Shown piece after piece: positions 8,336 to 16,991 of a DNA stretch of 25,844 nucleotides (position 1 is the first letter of the stretch; each line of letters opens with the position of its first letter). The stretch comes from a virus (taxonomy: Duplodnaviria; Caudoviricetes), in the IMG/VR virus record IMGVR_UViG_3300020042_010673, positions 1 through 25,844 of that record. The stretch is one strand, 5' to 3'. A model generated the notes under the pieces. It saw only the letters and a list, made by a program, of their open reading frames with translations. It was not told where the DNA came from and ran no database searches. A program made the position numbers and the translations under genes.

Positions 8336-8590
8336 AGCGTTTTGATTGGCCGGCAGGGTTAGGCTTCAAGGCTAACAGCGTAAGTTAGGCTGTCCTGATG
8401 GTTGACCTTGGCAGAAGCTTTCCGGCTGGCAAACAGGGCAGACCCAATCTGGTTGCCGTCAGCATCCTTAATCTGGGTTATCCATAACCGGCTGGTGGCA
8501 TCCCACCAAGTTTCAATCCGGTGGCTGGCTGTGTTGTTTGTCATAGCTAGGTTGGCCTAGGAAGCGTTTTGATTGGCCGGCAGGGTTAGG
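8335..8590. repeat. 29-bp perfect direct repeat flanking one small gene
   Basis: AAGCGTTTTGATTGGCCGGCAGGGTTAGG at 8335-8363 and 8562-8590; partial AAGCGTTTT at 9138-9146. Confidence 0.95.
8359..8544 (-). CDS. Small early hypothetical protein
   Basis: 61 aa (WWDATSRLWITQIKDADGNQIG), bounded by the 29-bp repeats. Confidence 0.75.
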   Translation of the reverse strand: MTNNTASHRIETWWDATSRLWITQIKDADGNQIGSALFASRKASAKVNHQDSLTYAVSLEA

Positions 8591-9137
8591 ACTGCACCCG
8601 GGCTTCAATGTCATCCCACACAGCAGCGTTGGCTTTGTTCCTGCGACCGGTGGCAGAAGTAGCCTTGGCCACATAGCCGGCTTGCTTCCAAGACAAGGGG
8701 TAACGCACTACCTGTTCAGCAAGGGACTTGTGAAACTCACTGCCCTTGGCCATAAGGATAGCCACCACATCAGCAAAACGCTCAGTCCGTTCAGCAATCT
8801 TGGCATCTTCAGCATCCTTTAAAGCTTTGTATTCAGCAGCCCAAGCCTGACGCTTGGCATCCCGGGCTGCAATTTCCTCAGTGGTCTTCCGGTAGCGGAT
8901 GCTGTCAGCATCAACCCCAATCTTCTCAGCACAGTCACTTCCAATAAAACGCTTCCGGCCGTCTTCATCCCGGATGACAATGTGGTGGATGATGCCCATA
9001 CCACATTGGGAACAGCTGCCACAGCCTTCAGGCAAAGCACTGACAAGGTTGTTATAGGCTGCCGGGTTATGTTCAGCCAAGGAAGCTGAAGGGATGCTGA
9101 AGAAGCCAATGACCTGAGCGTTACGGATGGATTTCAT
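8586..9137 (-). CDS. Early protein with putative Zn-binding domain and coiled coil
   Basis: CSQCG...H...FIGSDC motif followed by an A/E/K/R-rich helix; first gene behind the early promoter. Confidence 0.8.
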   Translation of the reverse strand: MKSIRNAQVIGFFSIPSASLAEHNPAAYNNLVSALPEGCGSCSQCGMGIIHHIVIRDEDGRKRFIGSDCAEKIGVDADSIRYRKTTEEIAARDAKRQAWAAEYKALKDAEDAKIAERTERFADVVAILMAKGSEFHKSLAEQVVRYPLSWKQAGYVAKATSATGRRNKANAAVWDDIEARVQS

Positions 9138-9175
9138 AAGCGTTTTATCTGGGTGGTGTTTGGTGGAACATCAGC

Positions 9176-9205
9176 AGACTAGGCCGGCCAACCCCTATCC
9201 GTCAA
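9176..9205 (-). promoter_or_regulatory. Sigma70-type early promoter
   Basis: TTGACG-N18-TAGTCT, about 40 nt upstream of the ATG at 9137. Confidence 0.6.
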
Positions 9206-9248
9206 ACCATTTACACAGGGGGTGGGTATTATAACCGCAGGGGGGTAT

Positions 9249-9416
9249 TTATAACGCCTTAGCCCCCTGTTTCCGCAGGGTTTGCCGGGCTTCCTGCCGT
9301 TTCCGTAGCCATAGCAGCTTAGTCAGCCGGCCGGCCAAGGGCTTAGCCTTAGCCTTCCTTGCCGTTTTAAGCAGGGCTTCTAGGTCAGGGGTGGTAAGTC
9401 TAGGGGTAAACTTCAT
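9249..9416 (-). CDS. Small basic hypothetical protein (55 aa, not in ORF track)
   Basis: Manual translation: MKFTPRLTTPDLEALLKTARKAKAKPLAGRLTKLLWLRKRQEARQTLRKQGAKAL; fills the gap between lysis and early regions. Confidence 0.55.
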   Translation of the reverse strand: MKFTPRLTTPDLEALLKTARKAKAKPLAGRLTKLLWLRKRQEARQTLRKQGAKAL

Positions 9417-9456
9417 ACCGGCCTAGGAAGCCAAGCCAGACCCCAGCAATCAAGCC

Positions 9457-9798
9457 TTACTTCCCGCCCCGGCCTAGGGTCATCTTCCAACCCAAAGCCC
9501 CGGCAATCATACAGCACCCAACCCCTAGGGCTAGGCTTACATCCCGGCAGGTCAGCAGGGCTTGTGTGGCACTGTTCAAATTCCTTTCCAAATTCTTGTC
9601 ATCAGCCACAAAGGTCTGACCGGGTATGTCCGTTATAATCAGTGCCATCACATTGGCTGACCGGATGCTGGTAAGGATGAAGTCAGCTGTAAGGTAAACA
9701 GTGATAGCACACAGGCCGGCAATCAGGATGCAGCCAATGACAGCCAGCAGAAGATTGGCCGGGTGCATCCCATAGGGCTTGGCTTCTGCGTCAGACAT
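9457..9798 (-). CDS. Two-TM membrane protein of the lysis cassette
   Basis: Two hydrophobic segments; start overlaps the holin stop (TAATG). Confidence 0.7.
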   Translation of the reverse strand: MSDAEAKPYGMHPANLLLAVIGCILIAGLCAITVYLTADFILTSIRSANVMALIITDIPGQTFVADDKNLERNLNSATQALLTCRDVSLALGVGCCMIAGALGWKMTLGRGGK

Positions 9799-10175
9799 TA
9801 CCGGGCTTTCTTCTTTTTCTTAGGTTGCTTGGTGGCTTTGCTCAATCCCCTTTGTGCTTCCTGCACCTTGCCCTTCATCTTTGCTTCAAGGAATTTCAAA
9901 CCATAGTTTAAGATTTCCGGGCTGGCAAAGCCGGCAATGCCACAGATGCAGACCCGGAGATTTTCAGACTGCACATAGTCCCGGGCTGCAAAGTTTACGA
10001 AGTAGGCAGTGACCATAGCTGCCACCCCTGACCTGACTAGGTAGCCCCAGCTAGGCCGGTCTGTTGACAAGAGCTGTCTGGCAACCATTGCAGACCCACC
10101 TAGTGCAGCGGAAATAACTCCCTGCTTCAAGGCTTCTTCAGAAGTAACTGCATCAAATGCCGGGGCTGCTGCCAT
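9798..10175 (-). CDS. Probable holin (LydA-like)
   Basis: Three moderately hydrophobic segments, ALGG...GIAGFASPEIL pattern, highly basic tail (KKKKKAR). Confidence 0.65.
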   Translation of the reverse strand: MAAAPAFDAVTSEEALKQGVISAALGGSAMVARQLLSTDRPSWGYLVRSGVAAMVTAYFVNFAARDYVQSENLRVCICGIAGFASPEILNYGLKFLEAKMKGKVQEAQRGLSKATKQPKKKKKAR

Positions 10176-10926
10176 TGTCTATGTCTGTTACCTTTGCAGT
10201 TTCAGTCACATTAGCCGGCACAGGCTTAATCCATCGGTAGGTCTTCACCCCCATTGCAAGCAGGGCTTGCAAGGCAGCAACGGAAAGTGTCACCCCGATT
10301 ATCCAAGGGAAGTAATTGCTTTCAATGACCCAAGGCAAAGCAGCAGTCATAGCACCACCGGCAACCACCAACCCGGCAGACAGCTTGCTGACCCCAACCC
10401 AATGGCCGAAGGCCACCAGCAGGACACCAAGGGCAATCATCCCAGCCCCTAGGCCGGTCAGGATAAGCAGACCCTTTTCCTTCCGGGCTGCTTCCAGCTC
10501 AAGGTGCTTGTCATCACACTGCTTCTTCAGGGCAGCAATCTCAGTCTGGGACTTCTTCTGCTCAGCTTCCATCTTCGCCCACAGGCTATCAAGGTCAGCC
10601 TTCATCTTCTGGCCGTAGGCTACGGCATCCGCATAAGCCTTGGGGTCACCGGCCATCCGCTGTCTGGCAAAGGCTAGGTCACCCGGCTGGGGGTCAGGCA
10701 GATAGGCAGCTGCCACTGACAGTTCTGCTTCAACCTTGTCAGGCTTGCCGGCAGTGTTGGCTTCCCTTGCCGTCTGGACAGCAGCAGCCACCCGGCTATC
10801 AGCTTTGTCCAGCTTAGCACCCAGCACTTCAGCAGTCTGGGGCTGAGCTTCCGGCAGCGGGTCAGTCTTAACTTCAGGCCGGCAGGATTGAAACAAGGCC
10901 AGCACTGCAACCAATGCCAGACGCAT
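10153..10926 (-). CDS. Lipoprotein-coiled coil-3TM protein, candidate unimolecular spanin
   Basis: MRLALVAVLALFQS-C lipoprotein-like signal, about 135-aa helical region, three C-terminal hydrophobic helices. Confidence 0.6.
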   Translation of the reverse strand: MRLALVAVLALFQSCRPEVKTDPLPEAQPQTAEVLGAKLDKADSRVAAAVQTAREANTAGKPDKVEAELSVAAAYLPDPQPGDLAFARQRMAGDPKAYADAVAYGQKMKADLDSLWAKMEAEQKKSQTEIAALKKQCDDKHLELEAARKEKGLLILTGLGAGMIALGVLLVAFGHWVGVSKLSAGLVVAGGAMTAALPWVIESNYFPWIIGVTLSVAALQALLAMGVKTYRWIKPVPANVTETAKVTDIDNGSSPGI

Positions 10927-10930
10927 TGGC

Positions 10931-11068
10931 TTACTTCTTCAGGGTGTCCAACGCAGCCTTAGCCTTCTGCTCGGTGGCCTGAAGCTTGGCAGTGTTGTTC
11001 CGATAAATCAGGATGCCGGTAGCAGCACCAAGGATGTAGCAGGTGACGGATGAAATAATCAGAAGCAT
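10931..11068 (-). CDS. 45-aa single-TM membrane protein (not in ORF track)
   Basis: Manual translation: MLLIISSVTCYILGAATGILIYRNNTAKLQATEQKAKAALDTLKK; leader ACACCT-ATG. Confidence 0.75.
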   Translation of the reverse strand: MLLIISSVTCYILGAATGILIYRNNTAKLQATEQKAKAALDTLKK

Positions 11069-11075
11069 AGGTGTA

Positions 11076-11252
11076 TTAGGTAAGCTTGGAATTTAGCAAG
11101 GTCTGCAATGCAGTTTGTGTGCTGGCATAATAAATTGTTACTTCGTCAATGTGGGTAAGGGTGTGACCGGCTAAAACCTTACCTATGACAGTGGCTTTAT
11201 TATCATAAATAAAACCAATGAAACAATCTGTGGCCGCTGTATATGTGTTCAT
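11076..11252 (-). CDS. 58-aa protein following the tail fibre, possible fibre chaperone (not in ORF track)
   Basis: Manual translation: MNTYTAATDCFIGFIYDNKATVIGKVLAGHTLTHIDEVTIYYASTQTALQTLLNSKLT; starts 2 nt after the fibre stop. Confidence 0.65.
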   Translation of the reverse strand: MNTYTAATDCFIGFIYDNKATVIGKVLAGHTLTHIDEVTIYYASTQTALQTLLNSKLT

Positions 11253-11254
11253 AA

Positions 11255-12865
11255 TTAGATTATAGAAAAGGCAGACTCACCAGATGAGTCCACTACTCTA
11301 ATCCTAAAGGCGTGGGCTGTGTTTGTGGACATACCTGTAAAATAAACAGTGTTACCAGAATGAACAGCTGAAGCATTAAAAGCACCTGTAGTGGTGTTAA
11401 CTATACCCCAATTACCTACCCCAATGTTCACAATCATTCTTGGAATTGTCGTGCCCCAGCCAAAGCCCATTGCTGCATTTGCCCTATCAATGGAAATCAC
11501 TTCTGAGGCAATAATGTTTGCCTTGATTTTATTTGGTTCAGCTACTGCCCTAGTGACAAAGAAGGTGGTGGCAATTTCCTGATTATTTGAAGTGGCAAGC
11601 TGTGATGGGGCTAGTGGATAGCCTGTGAAACTTGGGCTGGCTAGGTTTGCCTTTAGTGCCAAGGCAGTGTCAACCTGTGCAATGCTATAAACGCTAAGAT
11701 TTGTCCGGGCTGTGGTAGTGCTTGCTAAGTCTGAAAAATTATTAGCCTGACGCAGATAACGGCCATCAGCTGTGGCCTGCGTCAAAGGCGTTTCAAGTGG
11801 TGAAATACTTAAAGCACCTTCATCAATGACAGCTGACTTAAGGGTGCAGGGGATTTGAAGAATTGTCTGCCTAATATTACCATCAGAAATTTCCACTTCC
11901 AATGTGGTTTCAATGCTTTCAGCACCATCTAGGTAGCTGATGGCATTGGCAGTGTTCAGGTCAAGGTCACCTTGAAAGCCGGCAAATGAAAGCAAGCCGG
12001 AGCTATTAGCTGTAAGGCCACTAGTGTCAGGCTGGACTGTAACGGCAATGTCATAGGCAAAAGCCCCAACCTGCTGCACTGTCACCTTGTCGGCCAATGC
12101 GTTAATGCTAAGGGCATTTTGCACATCAAGTCCGGTGCTGCCTACGGCAATGGAAGCTGTGCTTACATCAGTCCCGGTAAGGGCATTGAAGGCTAAGTTG
12201 AATGTGCCGGACTTGGGGTCAGGGCTGATGGCCAGCCTATAGACAGCCCGGCTGCCATCCCAAGCTGATAGGGTGGTTATGCTGGCTGTGCTGGCAGACA
12301 AAGCACTGAAGCTTGTGGCCAAGGCAGCGACATTCTGCTGAAGGTGAACAAGGACAATTTCAGGCTTTGTGGCATCACCTTCCTGCAAAACCGAAATCCC
12401 AACACTGCTAAGCGGAATAAGTGCAGAAGCATCACCGGTGAAAAGCCCCCTACTGCCATTGGTAACAAATTTGATAACGTAGTTATCTCCAATCTTGGAA
12501 ACTGTTACATCACCAGCAGCATCAATGGAAGCAAGCTGGTTAAGCTTTGTTTCCATAAAGGCAGCAGTGGTGTTGTAATCCATCACATTGGTTGTGTTAC
12601 CACCAAAGGTCAGGGTGAAGTGGCCGGATGTAGGGCTGGCATCAATCTTGCCAACAGCAACCCGGATGCCGGGTGTGCCTAGGCCGGCCACTTCCTGCCG
12701 GGGATATGTGCCTAGGCCGGTTTCCTCAATAAAGAAAACCTGAAGCTTGGCTAGGTCACCCAGATAAAAGCTAGGGTTGCTGACCGGGCTGGTGCTGGAA
12801 AAGGTAGGATAGGCTAGCCCGGACTTAACATCAATGAACAGCTTATGTGTGGTAGGTAATGGCAT
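11255..12865 (-). CDS. Tail fibre / receptor-binding protein
   Basis: Fibre shaft motifs ANNFSDLASTTTARTNL and KANLASPSFTG...IATTFFV; two tandem G(H/T)F(T/N)LxF beta repeats; T/S/A/G-rich. Confidence 0.8.
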   Translation of the reverse strand: MPLPTTHKLFIDVKSGLAYPTFSSTSPVSNPSFYLGDLAKLQVFFIEETGLGTYPRQEVAGLGTPGIRVAVGKIDASPTSGHFTLTFGGNTTNVMDYNTTAAFMETKLNQLASIDAAGDVTVSKIGDNYVIKFVTNGSRGLFTGDASALIPLSSVGISVLQEGDATKPEIVLVHLQQNVAALATSFSALSASTASITTLSAWDGSRAVYRLAISPDPKSGTFNLAFNALTGTDVSTASIAVGSTGLDVQNALSINALADKVTVQQVGAFAYDIAVTVQPDTSGLTANSSGLLSFAGFQGDLDLNTANAISYLDGAESIETTLEVEISDGNIRQTILQIPCTLKSAVIDEGALSISPLETPLTQATADGRYLRQANNFSDLASTTTARTNLSVYSIAQVDTALALKANLASPSFTGYPLAPSQLATSNNQEIATTFFVTRAVAEPNKIKANIIASEVISIDRANAAMGFGWGTTIPRMIVNIGVGNWGIVNTTTGAFNASAVHSGNTVYFTGMSTNTAHAFRIRVVDSSGESAFSII

Positions 12866-12892
12866 CGGCTTCTATTAATGCAATTTGGTCAA
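12866..12892 (-). promoter_or_regulatory. Late-gene motif copy before the tail fibre
   Basis: TTGAC-CAAAT-TGCAT-TAA-TAG, 27 nt before the ATG. Confidence 0.65.
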
Positions 12893-13779
12893 GCGTTGGC
12901 ATCAGGGCTAACATCTGTCAGGACTACCTCACCCCAAGCCACCCATAAATCTTCTGCCCCATAAGCACTGTAGGTAAGGGTTGGCATTGGTGAAGGGTTA
13001 GTGCCTTCCAAACTATTGATGAAATCCTGCTGGGTGACTGTGTAGGTCAAAGCCACCTGTGTAATGCTTGGGGTAGTAACAACATAATTGTAACCACCAG
13101 CACCATCGGAAACCCAGCTGCCGGTTGACTCTAGCTTTTCAAGGTAACCTGTATAGGTCTTGCCAACAAAGACCGGATGTGGGCTGAAAATGAATTGGTT
13201 GATTACCCTAGTAACGGCCGGCAAGGTGGGTGGGGTTGAAGGTGGGGATGTTCCCGGTGGGTCTGAGGCATAGCCATTAAACCCTGAAATGTAGCTCATT
13301 GCCGGGCTAGGGGTGTAGGTTAACTGCCACCGGCCGAAGATACCACCAGCAGAAAGCAGCTCACCACCGGCTTGGATTGGGGCTGGCAATCTGTAAGCAG
13401 TGGTTGCTGTGCTGGCCGGGAAAAGGTTTTGGGATGCAGTCCCAATGAAACTGTTAACTGCAAAGTAATTACTTACATTACTATAAGCGTCTTCATCATA
13501 GACCAAGGCTGCACCACTTTCAGGGATAACATTGTGAAGGTGCTGCCAATAATACCTGAAGCCTTGATTATCCCCGGTTGAAGGTGTGTAGAGTTTCCAA
13601 GTCCGGATGCCACTAACTTCTTCTTCATTGGGTTTACCTGTGCCCCCTGTGTGCCGGTTGGACTTTACATAAACCAGCCCATTAAACTGAACCACACTTG
13701 GCTGGCCGGCTGCGTCAGTCCACTTGGGCGGGACTGTGCTGCTGGAAGGATAGAAGCCAGCTGGGTAAATGTCAGACAT
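12889..13779 (-). CDS. Virion tail-tip protein (hypothetical)
   Basis: 296 aa from MSDIYPAGF (8-nt overlap with upstream gene); beta/P/T/S-rich; position in the tail module. Confidence 0.7.
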   Translation of the reverse strand: MSDIYPAGFYPSSSTVPPKWTDAAGQPSVVQFNGLVYVKSNRHTGGTGKPNEEEVSGIRTWKLYTPSTGDNQGFRYYWQHLHNVIPESGAALVYDEDAYSNVSNYFAVNSFIGTASQNLFPASTATTAYRLPAPIQAGGELLSAGGIFGRWQLTYTPSPAMSYISGFNGYASDPPGTSPPSTPPTLPAVTRVINQFIFSPHPVFVGKTYTGYLEKLESTGSWVSDGAGGYNYVVTTPSITQVALTYTVTQQDFINSLEGTNPSPMPTLTYSAYGAEDLWVAWGEVVLTDVSPDANA

Positions 13780-14245
13780 TGAACCAATAAAAGAAAGCAG
13801 CACTAGCACCATAAGCCTGACGGCCAACAATCAAGCTGCTGGAAATTACTTGGTTAATGGTCAGGCTGTTTCCTGTCTTGGTGACTGTTGCAATGGTGAA
13901 GTGACCTGTGGTGCTGGTGTCTGCCGGCACTGAGCTGGCAAATTCAATGACAGCTGTGGTTGGGAATACCTGACCACTTGACCGGGTAACCTTTACATAG
14001 ATGAAGCCGGTGCTGCCAATTGCCAGCTTAGGCCGGGTAATTGCATCAAGGTAGGTAGTGGAAATCTTGGGCATCACCCCATTTACTGTCCCCGGCCAGA
14101 CGCTTACTGCCGGGCTTCCGTTGTTCGGGTTGCTGTAAACTTCAAGCGGATGCCGTCTGCGTCCCGGCTGGTCAACCTGCAAGCTGAAGCCTTTGCTGTC
14201 ACCTTGATAGGTATAGCCAACACCCTGCTGAATTTTATAGCTCAT
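13772..14245 (-). CDS. Minor tail protein (hypothetical)
   Basis: 157 aa, VWPGTVNG motif, TGATG coupling, tail module. Confidence 0.7.
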   Translation of the reverse strand: MSYKIQQGVGYTYQGDSKGFSLQVDQPGRRRHPLEVYSNPNNGSPAVSVWPGTVNGVMPKISTTYLDAITRPKLAIGSTGFIYVKVTRSSGQVFPTTAVIEFASSVPADTSTTGHFTIATVTKTGNSLTINQVISSSLIVGRQAYGASAAFFYWFNV

Positions 14246-14979
14246 CAGTTATGAGTTTCAAAAATCAGATTATTCCAGCCACCTGTGGCAACCCGGAAGG
14301 TGTAACGCACCTTATAGACATTGGCAAACTGTTCATAATTTACAGCAGTTACCAAGGCAAACCTTGTGTGATAGCTGCTGATAGCTGCTAAGACAGGTGG
14401 AAGGACAATGTTTTCCTGACCTGCAATGGTGTTGAATGTCTTACCAATCATCTTCTGATTGTCTAAAAGGATAGCTTTACTGTTGGTGTAATAGCTGCCG
14501 GTAAATTGAAGGTCAGGTGATTGGAATGATTTAACACCAACCAAAGCGTATTTGATAGCATCCGCATTGGACTCCGGGAAAGACTGTGATGCCTCATCCC
14601 AGCCAAGGTCTTTCAATGGCAGCCCGGTATTGCCGGCCTTACCCTGATAAAACTTAGGGTGGGTTTGGATAGGCTGTGTGCCTAGGGCAATGTCACCTGT
14701 AATCTGAACCTTGGTGATGTTGCCTGAAGAAAGCCCAACATACTCAGAAGTTATTGTGGCAATGTCGCTTTCATTGATGACATAGGAAGACCGGTGGCAA
14801 AGCAGCCGGCCATCTTTAGGGTGAGCTTCATTCTCCTTAGGCTTCTTTGACTCAGCAATTGAGGCATCACACTTGAAGGTTAGCCGGGAAGTCAGCAAAC
14901 CAAAGCCATCACTTTCAATGACCCAGCCCGGTTGAAGCTGTAGTGATGTTAGCTTATTTCCTTTTGAAACAGGTGGCAT
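14245..14979 (-). CDS. Distal tail/hub-like protein (inferred from position)
   Basis: 244 aa directly after the tape measure; QPIQTHPKF and terminal GGWN motifs. Confidence 0.6.
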   Translation of the reverse strand: MPPVSKGNKLTSLQLQPGWVIESDGFGLLTSRLTFKCDASIAESKKPKENEAHPKDGRLLCHRSSYVINESDIATITSEYVGLSSGNITKVQITGDIALGTQPIQTHPKFYQGKAGNTGLPLKDLGWDEASQSFPESNADAIKYALVGVKSFQSPDLQFTGSYYTNSKAILLDNQKMIGKTFNTIAGQENIVLPPVLAAISSYHTRFALVTAVNYEQFANVYKVRYTFRVATGGWNNLIFETHN

Positions 14980-14982
14980 AGG

Positions 14983-16350
14983 TTAGGCAATGAAGGTTGT
15001 TTGATTAGGGTCTTTAGTAAAGTCCACACCCGGCCGTTTGTTTTCATTGAAGACATTGTTAAGCTTCTCCATTTCCAGCAAAATCCTTTGTTCAACATTC
15101 AGGCTTTCCTTCTGGTAATCCATTACAGGTGGTGATGTTCCCGGGGTGAATTCACCGGCAATAGCACCACCAATTTCCCGAAGGCTGGACACAGTTAGCT
15201 TGTTAGACTTTTCAGCTTTCTTTGCAGCTTCCTTGGCTGTGTCAGCATTGGCCTTGGCTTCTGCGTCTAGAAGCTCACCAAGGTCTTTCCTGCGTTTCTT
15301 AAGGGCTTCAGCATCATCCTTATTGCTGGCAGCTGTGTCAGCATCCATCTGCTGTTGAACAATCTTTAATGCTTCTTCATTAAGCTTAGCCATTTCAAGA
15401 TTATGCAATTCATCAGCAGCAGCTTGACCTGCAATAGATGCACCCCTTTTCTTTTCTTCATTCCTTTTCTTGATTAAATCCAGCATTTCCTGCTGTGCTA
15501 TTTTGTCCATTGCAGCTGCTTCTGGGCTAAGGCTGCTGACACCGGATGCCCCACCTGATGCAAACCTTGCAGCTTTATCAGCTCTTACTCTTGCCCTTTC
15601 CAAGATTTCAGCAGCTCCGGCATCATTGCTGCTAAAGAAAACCTTAGCTGCTTCCTCTTTGGCAATGGCAGCTGCTTCCCTGTTGGCTTTCTGTTTAGCT
15701 TTTTTCTTACTATCTTCCAGCAGCTGCACTTCTTCTGGAGTAATACCGGGGTCTTCACCATACCCACTGATTACAGACTGTGCCTTTAAAAGAACAGGGA
15801 TAAGGTCAGCTGCGTTGCTACCTAGCATAACAGTAGCCAATGAAAGCTGTTCAGTGTTGCTGGTGGCACTGCCTAGGGTCTTAGCCATAGCTTCAATAAC
15901 CTGTGTAGGCTTGAGAAGGCCGGAAGCAATCTGCTCAGCTGAGAAGCCCAAAGCTTTCAGCATCCGTTCCTGTTCACTTCCTACCACTGTGGCTTGCTCA
16001 ATAATGCCGGTGACTTCTTTAAACAATTTACCAACCTTGTTAATGGAAATGCCTGAAGCATCAGCTGCGTTTTGAAGTCTTAGGAATTCATCCGCATTAA
16101 CTCCAATGTCAGCAGCCTTATCCCCAATCCCGGAATAAGCTTCAATGGCTTCCTGCACCTTCTTCTTCTGGGCTTCAATGGCATCAGTAACAAAACCAAT
16201 GGCAGATTGCACTAGGGCAAGTGGGGCTGCAAAGGAAAGGAAACCTTTGGCTAGGTCTGCTCCTAAATTCTTAATCTTCTTCTGCACTGTTTCAACAGCT
16301 TTAGAAGCTTGGTCTTTTGCTGAAATTGTGAATTCAAGTCCGTCTGCCAT
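14983..16350 (-). CDS. Tail tape measure protein (short)
   Basis: ISAKDQASKAV N-terminus, A/K/E-rich helical composition, LKALG and MLGSNAADLIPVL patterns; follows the tail chaperone. Confidence 0.8.
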   Translation of the reverse strand: MADGLEFTISAKDQASKAVETVQKKIKNLGADLAKGFLSFAAPLALVQSAIGFVTDAIEAQKKKVQEAIEAYSGIGDKAADIGVNADEFLRLQNAADASGISINKVGKLFKEVTGIIEQATVVGSEQERMLKALGFSAEQIASGLLKPTQVIEAMAKTLGSATSNTEQLSLATVMLGSNAADLIPVLLKAQSVISGYGEDPGITPEEVQLLEDSKKKAKQKANREAAAIAKEEAAKVFFSSNDAGAAEILERARVRADKAARFASGGASGVSSLSPEAAAMDKIAQQEMLDLIKKRNEEKKRGASIAGQAAADELHNLEMAKLNEEALKIVQQQMDADTAASNKDDAEALKKRRKDLGELLDAEAKANADTAKEAAKKAEKSNKLTVSSLREIGGAIAGEFTPGTSPPVMDYQKESLNVEQRILLEMEKLNNVFNENKRPGVDFTKDPNQTTFIA

Positions 16351-16361
16351 AGTTATTGTGG

Positions 16362-16386
16362 GTCTTTAGTTTTGCCATTAAGTCAA
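16362..16386 (-). promoter_or_regulatory. Late-gene motif copy before the tape measure gene
   Basis: TTGAC-TTAAT-GGCAA-AAC-TAAAG. Confidence 0.5.
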
Positions 16387-16947
16387 TCAGGCTGGCTTCT
16401 GGCTAGCTGCTTCAGCCTTAAGCCGGTCAATCAGGTCTTCATCATCCGTTGTCAGCAGCTCAAGCTTAGCCCCGGCCTGAATGTTGAAGGCTGTGGATAG
16501 CCAGATGGCTTTGGCTTCCGGCATAGTCAGGGCAGCTTCATAGCTGATGCCGTTACGGATTAGGGTAGCCAAGATGCACAGCTGCCAAGGCATCTGCTCA
16601 GCTGAAGACCCTGCTTCTTTCTTTTGATAAAATTTAGGATAGGTGTCTGGCTGATTGACATAGCGGACAAAGCTAAGGGAAGCCTGTGCAAACAATTCTT
16701 TAGATAGGGTCATCCGTAGGCCAAGCCACCTATCCCATAGGCTAAAGCTGTCCAAGCTCTCACCCGCACAAATCTTCAGGGCAATCAGCAGGTCAGCCGG
16801 GCTAAGCTCTTGGTCAGCCTGAAGGTAAGGGCTGGCAATACCTTCTAAGAAAATCCGGTGCTTCAGGCTGAAAGGCTTAAGCTTCTTCCCTAGGATGATA
16901 GTCCTAGCCGGGGTTAAGAAGGCATTAAAAAAACGCTGGTCAGCCAT
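16387..16947 (-). CDS. Probable tail assembly chaperone
   Basis: 186 aa between tail tube and tape measure; ILGKKLKPFSL and EAALTMPEAKAIW patterns. Confidence 0.65.
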   Translation of the reverse strand: MADQRFFNAFLTPARTIILGKKLKPFSLKHRIFLEGIASPYLQADQELSPADLLIALKICAGESLDSFSLWDRWLGLRMTLSKELFAQASLSFVRYVNQPDTYPKFYQKKEAGSSAEQMPWQLCILATLIRNGISYEAALTMPEAKAIWLSTAFNIQAGAKLELLTTDDEDLIDRLKAEAASQKPA

Positions 16948-16960
16948 TATGCTAACCAGC

Positions 16961-16985
16961 GTCTATTTATTGGGAAGACTGTCAA
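16961..16985 (-). promoter_or_regulatory. Degenerate late-gene motif copy before the tail chaperone
   Basis: TTGAC-AGTCTT-CCCAA-TAAA-TAGAC. Confidence 0.35.
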
Positions 16986-16991
16986 CCCGGG

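Noticed and set aside
7847-8590. CRISPR array interpretation of the 27- and 29-bp repeats
   Set aside because: Only two copies each, about 220 bp apart, enclosing whole ORFs rather than 30-40 bp spacers; no cas genes.
12675-12720. 13-bp direct repeat GTGCCTAGGCCGG in the fibre gene
   Set aside because: Explained by a repeated GLGT peptide and by genome-wide CCTAGG/CCGG enrichment.
11255-13779. Diversity-generating retroelement or invertible fibre cassette
   Set aside because: No reverse transcriptase, invertase, template/variable repeat pair or flanking inverted repeats seen.
16350-16947. Programmed -1 frameshift tail chaperone (G/GT)
   Set aside because: One ORF fills the tube-to-tape-measure interval, leaving no second frame to shift into.
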